A stretch of DNA of 64,000 nucleotides from an uncultured Lachnospiraceae bacterium (GTDB lineage: Bacteria; Bacillota; Clostridia; Oscillospirales; CAG-272). Positions within the stretch are counted from its first letter, which is position 1. Each line of letters starts with the position of its first letter. A program made the position numbers and the translations under genes. The notes under the pieces were generated by a model that saw only the letters and a program-made list of their open reading frames with translations, had not been told where the DNA came from and did not search any database. The stretch is taken from assembly GCA_964498965.1 (NCBI GenBank), contig CAZCJU010000001.1, forward strand, positions 38,008 to 102,007, written 5' to 3'. Shown piece by piece: positions 32,318 through 40,780 of this stretch.

Positions 32318-32790
32318 GCGTATTTACGGAATGTCTGCTTCAGGCGTTTGCCGCTTTTGCGGCGACACTTGCGTTTTGCGTGCTTTTCAACGTTCCGTTT
32401 CGCCAATATGCGTTTTGCGGAGCGAACGGAGCGGTAAGCTGGGTCATATACTACTTTTCGGTGAAGCCGTTCGGAGCTTTCGCCGCCACATTTGCGGCAA
32501 CCGTTGCGATAGTGCTTATCTCCCGCATTTCGGCGATATATCGCAAAACGCCCGTCACCGTACTGCTGATACCGGGCATGATACCTCTCGTACCGGGTGC
32601 GGCGATATACCACACGGCATATTATTGCTTCACGGGCGACGTATCCGCCTTTGCCGAATACGGCTTCATGACCGTTAAGATAGCGTTCGCCATAGTTCTC
32701 GGCATAGTCGTCGTGTTCGCACTGCCGTTAAAGCGGCACAATTTCGCAAAGCGTTCCGACATTTCAAAGGGAGGTGATCGAAACGGTTGA
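32314..32790 (+). CDS. Threonine/serine exporter family protein, small subunit (DUF3815-like)
   Basis: 158 aa with 5 hydrophobic segments. ATGA overlap with the preceding gene, the usual pairing. Confidence 0.7.
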   Translation: MSVFTECLLQAFAAFAATLAFCVLFNVPFRQYAFCGANGAVSWVIYYFSVKPFGAFAATFAATVAIVLISRISAIYRKTPVTVLLIPGMIPLVPGAAIYHTAYYCFTGDVSAFAEYGFMTVKIAFAIVLGIVVVFALPLKRHNFAKRSDISKGGDRNG

Positions 32791-33568
32791 TTTTCACATA
32801 CATTCGTGCTTTTCGTTCGATATAATACGGACGGGAGCGTTTCCGCAGGTTCTCGTATCGGCGGCGGAGGAAAAGGGACTCGAAGCCGTATTTCTCACCG
32901 ACCACCTCGAGATAAACGGCGAAACGGAGGGCATATACGCTCCGTTTTGCTTCGCCGAACGAAAAAGGGCGTGCGTTGCGGCAAAAAGATCGGCGAATAT
33001 CCCCGTGATCATCGGAATAGAGCTTGGGCAGGCGACGCAATACCCGTCCTTTGCCGAAACGATCGTAAAGGAAGCCCGCTTCGACTTCGTTTTAGGCTCG
33101 TTGCACAACATCAAGGGTATGCCCGATTTCGCCCTGATCGATTATTCCGACCTCGCTCCCGACGGTTACAACGGGCTGTGGAACGACTATCTCGACGAAT
33201 ATCTCGCCATGACAAAGCTGAAATACATCGATTCCTTCGCACACTTGACATATCCGTTGCGGTATTTTGCGAAAAACGGCTTCGAGCTTGACATACGGCA
33301 AAGCGAAAGCAAGCTGATAAAAATACTGAAAAGCATCATCGCCCGAAAAAAAGCGTTGGAGCTTAATTCCTCGGGCTTTCGGCAGTCGCTCGGCGAAAGT
33401 ATGCCGAACGAATACGTCATAAGCCTTTATTCGCAGCTCGGCGGCAGACTCATAACCACCGGCTCTGACGCACATACCCCGTCCGATATTGCCGCCGATT
33501 TCGACAAACTGGAAGAATTATCGAAAAAATACGAGCTTAAATTACTCGATTGGAGAAAATTTATATGA
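32774..33568 (+). CDS. PHP-family histidinol-phosphatase-like hydrolase
   Basis: MIETVDFHIHSCFSFD is the PHP-domain metal motif. Later motifs SLHN, FAHLTYP and GSDAH. Confidence 0.75.
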   Translation: MIETVDFHIHSCFSFDIIRTGAFPQVLVSAAEEKGLEAVFLTDHLEINGETEGIYAPFCFAERKRACVAAKRSANIPVIIGIELGQATQYPSFAETIVKEARFDFVLGSLHNIKGMPDFALIDYSDLAPDGYNGLWNDYLDEYLAMTKLKYIDSFAHLTYPLRYFAKNGFELDIRQSESKLIKILKSIIARKKALELNSSGFRQSLGESMPNEYVISLYSQLGGRLITTGSDAHTPSDIAADFDKLEELSKKYELKLLDWRKFI

Positions 33569-34041
33569 ACGAGTTGCTTAAATTGCTTGAAAACGACGGA
33601 CGGCTCACACCCGAAATGCTTTCCGTTATGCTGAACAAGGAAGTCGGGGATATAAAAGCCGCCGTCGAAGCCCTTGAAGAGGACGGCACGATAGTCGGCT
33701 ATCAGGCGATCATCGACTGGGATAAGACCGACAGAGAATACGTGACCGCACTCATAGAGCTTAAAATAACGCCGCAAAGAGATCTCGGTTTCGACCGCGT
33801 CGCCGAAAAGATCTATAACTACCCCGAAGTGAAAAGTCTGTACCTCATGTCGGGCGGCTTCGACCTCGCCGTGATCATCGAGGGCAAAACGATGAAAGAG
33901 GTCGCTTATTTCGTTGCCGAAAAACTCGCCCCCATGGAATCGGTCGTTTCGACGGCAACGCACTTCGTGCTTCGCAAGTATAAAGACAAAGGTCTTGTGT
34001 ACGGTCAAAGCGAGGTGGACCTGAGAGGTAATTGTATCTGA
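33565..34041 (+). CDS. Lrp/AsnC-family transcriptional regulator
   Basis: MNELLKLLENDGRLTPEMLSVMLNKEVGDIKAAVEALEEDGTIVGY (wHTH) followed by an RAM-like domain. Confidence 0.8.
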   Translation: MNELLKLLENDGRLTPEMLSVMLNKEVGDIKAAVEALEEDGTIVGYQAIIDWDKTDREYVTALIELKITPQRDLGFDRVAEKIYNYPEVKSLYLMSGGFDLAVIIEGKTMKEVAYFVAEKLAPMESVVSTATHFVLRKYKDKGLVYGQSEVDLRGNCI

Positions 34042-35219
34042 TGGACTATTCCGAAATGTTATCGAAAACGGCGGTCGAGCTTAAGCCGTCTGGCATACGC
34101 AAATTTTTCGATATGCTCGAAGGCATGAAGGACGTTATCTCCCTCACCGTCGGTCAGCCCGACTTTCCCACCCCGTGGCATATAAGAGAAGCGGGAATAA
34201 TATCCCTCGAAAAAGGCTATACCTATTATACGTCGAACAGCGGAACGATGCAGCTGCGTGAGGAGATATGCAAATACCTCTCCCGCCGCTTCGATATGAG
34301 CTACGACCCGAAAAGCGAGATCATAGTCACCGTCGGAGGAAGCGAAGCGATAGACCTCGCGATCAGAGCGATCGTCGAACCCGGAGATGAAGTCATTATA
34401 CCCGAGCCGTGCTTCGTATGCTACGATCCGCTCGTGCGTTTGGCTCACGGCGTCCCCGTACCCGTAAGCACACGTGCCGAGGACGGTTTTATGCTCACCG
34501 CCGAGCAGATCCGCCGAAAGCTCACGAAACGCACCAAAGCGGTGATATTGCCGTTTCCGAATAACCCGACCGGAGCCGTCATGAGCAAGGAGGAGCTTGA
34601 ACGTATCGCACGTCTGCTCGACGGCACGAATATCGCCGTTTTGTCGGACGAGATCTATGCCGAGCTGACCTACGGCAAAAAGCATATCTCACCCGTTCAT
34701 ATCGACGGAATGCGTGAACGGACGATCATCGCAAGCGGATTTTCGAAAGCGTACTCCATGACCGGGTGGCGGCTCGGCTATACTGCGGCCCCCGCCGAAA
34801 TAACAAAGCAAATGCTTAAAATACACCAGTTCGCCGTGATGTGCGCCCCCACCGCAAGCCAGCTTGCCGCCGTTTCGGCAATGCAAAACGGCGACGACGA
34901 TATCGAAATGATGAAAGCCGAATACGACCGCCGCAGACGCTATATAGTAAAAGGTCTGTGCGATGCGGGCTTGCCGTGTGCCGAACCGCAGGGAGCGTTT
35001 TACGTGTTCCCCGACGTGAGCGGCTACGGTATGAGCAGCGAGGAGTTTTGTCAACGCCTGCTGAATGAAAAAGGCGTAGCCATAGTCCCCGGAACGGCGT
35101 TCGGCGAATGCGGCGAGGGCTATGCGAGGATTTCATATGCTTACAGCGTCAAGCATATCTCAAAAGCACTGGAACGTATTGCGGATTTCACCGCCTCGCT
35201 TCGCTCAGAGCGTTCTTAA
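34041..35219 (+). CDS. PLP-dependent class I/II aminotransferase (aspartate/alanine aminotransferase-like)
   Basis: Motifs NPTGAV and the PLP-lysine region SGFSKAYSMTGWRLGY. About 392 aa. Confidence 0.85.
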   Translation: MDYSEMLSKTAVELKPSGIRKFFDMLEGMKDVISLTVGQPDFPTPWHIREAGIISLEKGYTYYTSNSGTMQLREEICKYLSRRFDMSYDPKSEIIVTVGGSEAIDLAIRAIVEPGDEVIIPEPCFVCYDPLVRLAHGVPVPVSTRAEDGFMLTAEQIRRKLTKRTKAVILPFPNNPTGAVMSKEELERIARLLDGTNIAVLSDEIYAELTYGKKHISPVHIDGMRERTIIASGFSKAYSMTGWRLGYTAAPAEITKQMLKIHQFAVMCAPTASQLAAVSAMQNGDDDIEMMKAEYDRRRRYIVKGLCDAGLPCAEPQGAFYVFPDVSGYGMSSEEFCQRLLNEKGVAIVPGTAFGECGEGYARISYAYSVKHISKALERIADFTASLRSERS

Positions 35220-36968
35220 GCGTTGTGCGAGCCTGTCCGTGTAAAAAGCTTTTATGCACGCCTCGTTCGGGTATAACCCGTCGGGCGTGTATTTTTCTTT
35301 GAGTTCGTCGATCTCGTTTATAGGCGGCAGCAGCGGTGCGAAATCTATGTATTCCACACCCCATTTTTCCAAGATCCTCTTAAACAGCTCCCTGCGTTCG
35401 CTCCGTTCGGCGGCAGGCAACGATATAAACGCCATGCAAAGCCGCTTTTCGGGATATTTCATAACAAGCATATATAAAAACTCCTCAAGACCGCCCGCCG
35501 AGGTCGATATATCGTTGTCCGTACCGTATGAATCGCTCATTTCACCGAGAACAGCCGAATTTACATAGTCGCATATGCCGTCGTCAAACAGTATCGTATC
35601 CCCGTCTACATCGCCCTTGATAACTCGCTCCGTGTATGAACGACGTGCGGACACGTCGGCATATCCGTTGCCGTCGGTGAGAAATTCTTCGTATTCCGCC
35701 CCCGCCGATATCGCCGCAGCCCTTGCCCATGAGTCCGGACAACAGGAAAAACAGAATACCTTTTTGCCGTATAAAGGCGAAACGAGATTTACGTCCGCTC
35801 TGTACTCAACCTCAATATCGTTGCCCGAACAGGATATAACGTCCGACTCCGATCTCAATTCGCCGAGCGAACAGGCACATTCCTCCTCGACAGGCTGCGT
35901 GTACTCGTAGTAGATCTTAAGTCCCTCGCCGCTTTCGTACTTCGATACGCAAAACGACTTGAATTCGCTTACCCCGTCGCAGCCCGCCTCGCCAACGGTG
36001 AAATATACATAATCGTCCGATCCGCCGTACATCATGCCGGCTACCGCCTTTTCCGGATCCCGTGCATCGGGCGTGGTGACGAAATCGGGTGAAGCAAAAC
36101 ACCCCGTCACCGATATCTTCGAAAACGACCTCTTGTTTACTTTGACGCATTCCGTGTTCTTGTATTGTCCGTCACCGTGCGAAACTATGTTAAACGTCCT
36201 CGTGCTTCGCCCGTAAACACCGTCGGCGTGGTACAGCGAACCGCCGTCGCATATGACCTCGCCCGACGATATGCGACGCATCAGCTTGCCCGATACCGCA
36301 TCGTAGGTGTCGCATACACCGCCGAGAGAACGTAATACGACCTCCCGCTCAAGCGGATATTCGACATCGCCCGCAGTCACGGAATCTATGACCGAAGCCG
36401 TTCCGCTTCCGCTTCCGAAAACTATAAGCTTCGTCGGCTTGCACGGAAATACCCCTCCGCTCGGTGCGACCCGCTTGCCGAACGCACGACGATAATATGC
36501 GTTCGAATATTTCGTAAGCTCCTCGGTGCTTATCTTGCTCTCGTCGTATCGCTCGCTCAATTCCCGACAGGCGGCAGTGCTTTTTTCGCATTCGCTCACC
36601 GCCGCCTCGCATAGCTGCGTAAGCTGCGTGTATACCCCGTCCTCGGGTAAAAGTAACTCGCCCTCACCGTCGATAACACCCGGCTCGCACCTGACCTCGA
36701 TCGCCGTGCTTGTACGCAAGCCCGCCGCATATACGCCGACGGTTATACTCGGCGGGTATATTATCCCGCAAGGTACTTTCGCCTCGCCGTCCTTGTTCAA
36801 TACGATGTCAACGTATTTCCCCCCGTTCGATATGCGTGCGGTCTTTATCCGACCGTCCCATTCTCCGTCAAACGAAAATGCGAATACGTAGTCGCCGTTG
36901 CCCGAAACTATCGCTTCGTTCCCCTCCCGACTTATCCGCTTCTGTGCAATATTGAATTTTAATACCAC
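35205..36968 (-). CDS. Tail-fibre/tailspike-like protein with a C-terminal SGNH/GDSL-type esterase-like domain, SOS-box controlled
   Basis: 587 aa. GTG start 7 nt after an AAGGAG RBS. The N-terminus (FAFSFDGEWDGRIKTARISNGGKYVDIVLNKDGEAKVPCGIIYPPSITVGVYA) resembles the Ig-like N-domain of Firmicutes phage fibre/baseplate proteins. The C-terminal part has SGNH-like blocks (VFCFSCCPDS..., ILFDDGICDY, YTPDGLYPNEA). The gene ends 15 nt inside the convergent aminotransferase gene. Confidence 0.55.
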   Translation of the reverse strand: MVLKFNIAQKRISREGNEAIVSGNGDYVFAFSFDGEWDGRIKTARISNGGKYVDIVLNKDGEAKVPCGIIYPPSITVGVYAAGLRTSTAIEVRCEPGVIDGEGELLLPEDGVYTQLTQLCEAAVSECEKSTAACRELSERYDESKISTEELTKYSNAYYRRAFGKRVAPSGGVFPCKPTKLIVFGSGSGTASVIDSVTAGDVEYPLEREVVLRSLGGVCDTYDAVSGKLMRRISSGEVICDGGSLYHADGVYGRSTRTFNIVSHGDGQYKNTECVKVNKRSFSKISVTGCFASPDFVTTPDARDPEKAVAGMMYGGSDDYVYFTVGEAGCDGVSEFKSFCVSKYESGEGLKIYYEYTQPVEEECACSLGELRSESDVISCSGNDIEVEYRADVNLVSPLYGKKVFCFSCCPDSWARAAAISAGAEYEEFLTDGNGYADVSARRSYTERVIKGDVDGDTILFDDGICDYVNSAVLGEMSDSYGTDNDISTSAGGLEEFLYMLVMKYPEKRLCMAFISLPAAERSERRELFKRILEKWGVEYIDFAPLLPPINEIDELKEKYTPDGLYPNEACIKAFYTDRLAQRLRTL

Positions 36969-37017
36969 GCCTTAACTCCTTAATAAATCACTTTGTATAA
37001 AAATCTTCCCGTCCTAC

Positions 37018-37031
37018 CGAACATTTGTTCG
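37018..37031. promoter_or_regulatory. LexA (Cheo/SOS) box
   Basis: CGAACATTTGTTCG, 50 nt upstream of the GTG start at 36968. Confidence 0.75.
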
Positions 37032-37040
37032 CATATTTTT

Positions 37041-37162
37041 CGAAACCGTCGCTCCCCTCGACTTATCCGTTTTTCACAATACCGAATTTCAATATCTCGC
37101 CTTAACCGACTAAACCCCACTTTGCATATAAAACCTGCCGGCTTTGCCGAACATTTGTTCGC
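37041..37162. repeat. Decayed tandem duplicate of the 5' end, RBS and LexA box of the tail-fibre-like gene
   Basis: 37041..37162 aligns with 36903..37032 at roughly three-quarters identity by eye. Shared strings: cgaaac..tcgc..tcccctc.gacttatccg...caata..gaattt.aata...cgccttaac...cacttTG.ATA.AAA.CT..CCG....CCGAACATTTGTTCGC. The upstream copy has GAG in place of the GTG start and an in-frame stop. Confidence 0.75.
37148..37161. promoter_or_regulatory. LexA (Cheo/SOS) box
   Basis: CGAACATTTGTTCG, part of the duplicated unit. Confidence 0.75.
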
Positions 37163-37180
37163 CAACTTCCCGAAGAAAAG

Positions 37181-37194
37181 AGAACATTTGTTCT
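37181..37194. promoter_or_regulatory. LexA-like box (AGAAC-N4-GTTCT) just downstream of the promoter
   Basis: AGAACATTTGTTCT: the GAAC-N4-GTTC core is intact but the flanking bases differ from consensus. It occupies the same position relative to the -10 as box 31389..31402. Confidence 0.65.
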
Positions 37195-37204
37195 CGCATA
37201 TTAT

Positions 37205-37233
37205 ATTATACCACATTTTGACGGATTTGTCAA
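37205..37233 (-). promoter_or_regulatory. Consensus sigma-A promoter, second copy of the SOS cassette
   Basis: Minus strand: TTGACA (37233..37228), 17 nt, TGG-TATAAT (hexamer 37210..37205). The string attatattataccacatttt...gat(t)ttgtcaa is shared with 31411..31443. Confidence 0.75.
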
Positions 37234-37304
37234 GCCCGAAAACAGTATTTCTTCTCGCCGTTTTTTCCGTTCTCCGTTCCTTCGCCTTGTTTTTCTCCGC
37301 CTAA

Positions 37305-37385
37305 TGTAATCGCCTTTCCGAGAAGGGAAAGGCGACGATCCGTCCCTACGCAAAGCCTTCCCGAAAAGGAAGGCTTTGCGTAGAA
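37305..37385. repeat. REP-like GC-rich hairpin elements
   Basis: cgcctttcc-gagaa-gggaaaggcg (37311..37334) and cgcaaagccttcc-cgaaaa-ggaaggctttgcg (37349..37380). Confidence 0.75.
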
Positions 37386-37390
37386 GCGAT

Positions 37391-39199
37391 TTACGAAGCG
37401 GGGGATCGATCGGGCTTTTTTGTTGTATATTCCAGCGGGATCTCGTACTCTTTTTCGTAGATCTGTCGCCAAGCGTTCTTATTTTCCTCCATCATACGAG
37501 CGACTCTTGCCGAATATTTTTCGTTTTCGCCCGGGTATATCGGCGGGCAGATATGGACGGTATACTCCTGCACATAGAATCCGTCCTCGCCCATGATATC
37601 GGAATCACGCATGGTTATGAAGCATGGCAGGACGGGAACGGAGCTTTTTGCGGCGATTATATATGCACCCTTTTGGAGCGGTTTGGGCTTTCTGTAATTC
37701 CACCACATACTCTGTTCGGGGTACATCAGCACGAAGTTGCCGTCCTTAAGCAATTTTACCGTTGCGTCCATAAATTTTGTAAGTGTTTTACCGTTACTCG
37801 ACAGCGGCAGTGTATTGCAATGTCGCATAAGGAAGCCGTAGAAGCCGGGGAACGAGGTATAATTTCCCTCTCTTATGACCCGATAAAAGGTTCTGTGCGG
37901 TTGATTTGCCGCTTCATACGCCATTTGTATCGCAAATGAATCGAACGCATTAAAATGATTACAGGTGACCACCGCACCGCATTTCAGGTTTGCGAAATTA
38001 TCTATTCCGCGTATTTCTTTGATTATGAGCTTTTTTTCCCGTATCAGCTCGCCGACGAATTTTCTCGCCATAAAATAAGCGGCTTTCGTTTTGAGCTTCT
38101 CGACGGGTGATTTTTTCAGATAATCGATATCATCGGGCAACAGCGGTTTTGTCGGCGGGTCGTCCTCGACGTCCTCGGCGAAGCGTCCGCATTTTTCGTA
38201 TTCCTCTATTTTTTTGAGTATTTCGACTCTGTCCCTCGCACGGTTCAGCTTGTTCAGGCGATTGAGGTAATTATCCTCCCTCGCCGTTTCCTTTTCGGCG
38301 GTCTTAAGCAGATTATCCGCACCGAGTGCGTCGTTTTTCCTTTGCTCGTCGGTATACGATTCGAGTTTACGTATCAGCTCTCCGTAGACGTCCGTATGCA
38401 GAGCGTACTCCCAGAATATATCGCCATAGCGGCAATCGTAGTAGTGCCACGGCTTATTCACCATTATATAATGGATTATTTTCGCCTGCTCGATAGGATA
38501 CGGGATCTCGCCGAACACCTCGGTATTCCAGCGACCGTCGAGCCAATGTACTCTGTCCTTACAGATGAGATTCAGGTAATCCTCGTCCTGCGTAACGACG
38601 AAATTGTACGTTTTGAGAAGCCTTACGAATTTATCGAAAACGCAATGGCATCTGAATTCCGCACAATTCAAAAGCATAACGCCGGCATTGAAGAAGTTAT
38701 ATCTCGACACGCCGACGACCTTCTCGGCATACGTACCGAACGTATCGACCTGCACCATTGCCTGTTCGTGGCATGCACCGAGATAGCAATCGCCGATATC
38801 CGTATCGTACAGCTCGCTTATATCGCCCGTTATCGCCGTATCGCTGTCAACGTATATCGCCTTATCGTACTCGGGGAACATATCCGCGATGAAGAACCTG
38901 TAATATGTCGTTTTGGAATAGTAATCCCGTATGGGAAGCTTATCGGAAACCGAACGCAAATGCTCGGTCACGTCGGCGAATATTATCTCCGTGTTTTCGT
39001 TTGCAAGCTCCGTCAGCCGACGCTTTTCGTCCTCGCCGATATCGGTATGCAAAACGTATATGCGATATCTGCGATCGGGCGAAGCGTTTTTTATCAGCGA
39101 ATAAGCCGAAACGACGGTGAATTTCAGAAAATTCGAATCGCAGGCATAAAAGATCGGTATTATTTCGTTTGTATTTGCGGTATTCGTCGCATTCGTCAT
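37391..39199 (-). CDS. Fusion protein: GT8 glycosyltransferase (N) + PlsC/LPLAT-type acyltransferase (C)
   Basis: 602 aa. The N-terminal part carries GT8 features (IPIFYACDSNF, YVDSDTAITGD with DxD, HYIMVNKPW). The C-terminal part carries the acyltransferase HX4D motif (CNHFNAFDSF) and YPEQSMWW/VPVLP blocks. A coiled, acidic linker joins the two. Confidence 0.75.
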   Translation of the reverse strand: MTNATNTANTNEIIPIFYACDSNFLKFTVVSAYSLIKNASPDRRYRIYVLHTDIGEDEKRRLTELANENTEIIFADVTEHLRSVSDKLPIRDYYSKTTYYRFFIADMFPEYDKAIYVDSDTAITGDISELYDTDIGDCYLGACHEQAMVQVDTFGTYAEKVVGVSRYNFFNAGVMLLNCAEFRCHCVFDKFVRLLKTYNFVVTQDEDYLNLICKDRVHWLDGRWNTEVFGEIPYPIEQAKIIHYIMVNKPWHYYDCRYGDIFWEYALHTDVYGELIRKLESYTDEQRKNDALGADNLLKTAEKETAREDNYLNRLNKLNRARDRVEILKKIEEYEKCGRFAEDVEDDPPTKPLLPDDIDYLKKSPVEKLKTKAAYFMARKFVGELIREKKLIIKEIRGIDNFANLKCGAVVTCNHFNAFDSFAIQMAYEAANQPHRTFYRVIREGNYTSFPGFYGFLMRHCNTLPLSSNGKTLTKFMDATVKLLKDGNFVLMYPEQSMWWNYRKPKPLQKGAYIIAAKSSVPVLPCFITMRDSDIMGEDGFYVQEYTVHICPPIYPGENEKYSARVARMMEENKNAWRQIYEKEYEIPLEYTTKKPDRSPAS

Positions 39200-40032
39200 T
39201 TGCTGTTCTCCCTCTCGAATTTTTCTTTGAGATAAATGTATTCGTACAGTATGTCGTCGAAAACGTAGTAGCCGAATATCTTATGCACTCGGCTCACCTG
39301 CCACTGCTTCACGTTGTCCGTATGCGGATACGGCAGCCAGAAAAGCCGCTTGGAAAAATGCCGCACGACGGTGTGCTTATGCAAAAATTTCTGGTCGTTG
39401 AAGCGTTGCGGCAAAAGCTTTTTCTTTGTCGTAGAGCGTATCAAAGCACTTTGATCGGCAAACGTAAGCTTCTTCGTTTTTATAAGCTCCCGTGCCTTTT
39501 CGAAAAGCCCCGTTTCGCGTGCTTTTTTCATGTCGAAAAGCAGTATTCCCGCATTTATGTAATGCGGATTGAGCAGATATTTTCCGTAGTGATCGTTTGC
39601 CGCCGCATATTCCGCTCCGTCAAGCGGTATGTCGTACAGCAGACGTATGTCGCGGTTGAACATCACGTCGGCATCGGAATACAGCAGTCGGTCGGGTATC
39701 TGCGGAACGAGGTCGGCGAAAAGCCGTATCAGCGTGTACGGCGAGCAGTACGCCCCCTCGTTGGGACAGGCGGCGAACTCACGCATATACAGCTCGGTCA
39801 CGTCGATCCTTTCGACCTCGTTTTTTTCGTTAAAGCTCTTGGCGACGGAAAGCAGAAATTCCGTCTGTGCGTCGCTTATCGGCACGTACTCGGGCTTCAG
39901 GTGACTTACGTCCATAGTGAATATGAATATCTTAAACGGCTCTTTTGTTTCCGTCCGCTTGAATATCGACAGCATTCCCGTCAATATTCCGTCGAAAACG
40001 AAAGAATTACCGCAATACAGCAGATTGATCAT
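39196..40032 (-). CDS. GT8-family glycosyltransferase
   Basis: 278 aa. Motifs LLYCGN...GILTGMLS, YSDADVMF (DxD), NAGILLFD and HFSKRLFWLPYP. ATGA overlap with the downstream gene. Confidence 0.75.
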   Translation of the reverse strand: MINLLYCGNSFVFDGILTGMLSIFKRTETKEPFKIFIFTMDVSHLKPEYVPISDAQTEFLLSVAKSFNEKNEVERIDVTELYMREFAACPNEGAYCSPYTLIRLFADLVPQIPDRLLYSDADVMFNRDIRLLYDIPLDGAEYAAANDHYGKYLLNPHYINAGILLFDMKKARETGLFEKARELIKTKKLTFADQSALIRSTTKKKLLPQRFNDQKFLHKHTVVRHFSKRLFWLPYPHTDNVKQWQVSRVHKIFGYYVFDDILYEYIYLKEKFERENSK

Positions 40033-40780
40033 CTTTTTTAATATACTCTATCAATTTCACTTCGTTAAGCTCGGAACGGGCGACCATTTGCCTGTATACC
40101 TCGTCCCTCAGCTTCTTTTTTCTCTCGCCGACGGGCAACGTGTCGTCGGGATAAAACGGTCCGTCGATGTAGGTAACGAGCCTCGGCTTTTTCGAATGCT
40201 TACGCCTCATGTATACGTTCGTGAAGCAGTACACCGGCACGGAAAACTTTATCGGATAGTAAAACGACTCGCAGGAGAAATTCCTTATCCGCGTGCAGTA
40301 CGGCCAAATATGCGCTTCGGGATAAATGCATACGGCGTTGCGTTTTTCGATACGCCGCTTAAGCTCGGCGTTGAAATTTCTGTACGCCGATATGTCGTCG
40401 GGAAGCGGCATAGCCCCCATGTACGGCGTTAATCTGCCGAGAAGCTTCATCGAAACGTTGTTCGGGTGTACGATCACCGAGGTGCGACGGGGAAAATTTA
40501 TCATCGCCGGATTGACTGCGTCGGCAATGTCCTGTGTGTGATTGCCGTAGATGAAATACCCCGTGTCACCGCATTTTTTCAGTTTTTCCTTGCCGACCGT
40601 GCGTCGGCGGTGAGCAAAGAAAAGATATAACGCCGCAAGCGGTGCGGCTATGAGCCGATACAGAATAAAGCTCGGCACACATCCCCTGTCGTATCTGTAA
40701 TTCCCGTCGATCGTACGAGGCTTTATGACGGCAGTCGAAAATTCGTCGTTCAGCTCGTCGGTATAATATACCGTTTTCAT
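40007..40780 (-). CDS. PlsC/LPLAT-family acyltransferase
   Basis: 257 aa. N-terminal TM, HX4D motif (GNHTQDIAD), and an IYPEAHIWPY block paralogous to the C-domain of the 602-aa fusion. Confidence 0.7.
   Translation of the reverse strand: MKTVYYTDELNDEFSTAVIKPRTIDGNYRYDRGCVPSFILYRLIAAPLAALYLFFAHRRRTVGKEKLKKCGDTGYFIYGNHTQDIADAVNPAMINFPRRTSVIVHPNNVSMKLLGRLTPYMGAMPLPDDISAYRNFNAELKRRIEKRNAVCIYPEAHIWPYCTRIRNFSCESFYYPIKFSVPVYCFTNVYMRRKHSKKPRLVTYIDGPFYPDDTLPVGERKKKLRDEVYRQMVARSELNEVKLIEYIKKDDQSAVLR

Noticed and set aside
35205-35219. 15-nt convergent overlap between the aminotransferase and the tail-fibre-like gene as a regulatory feature
   Set aside because: Short 3'-end overlaps of convergent genes are common. 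No additional structure was seen, so it is only noted in the feature evidence.
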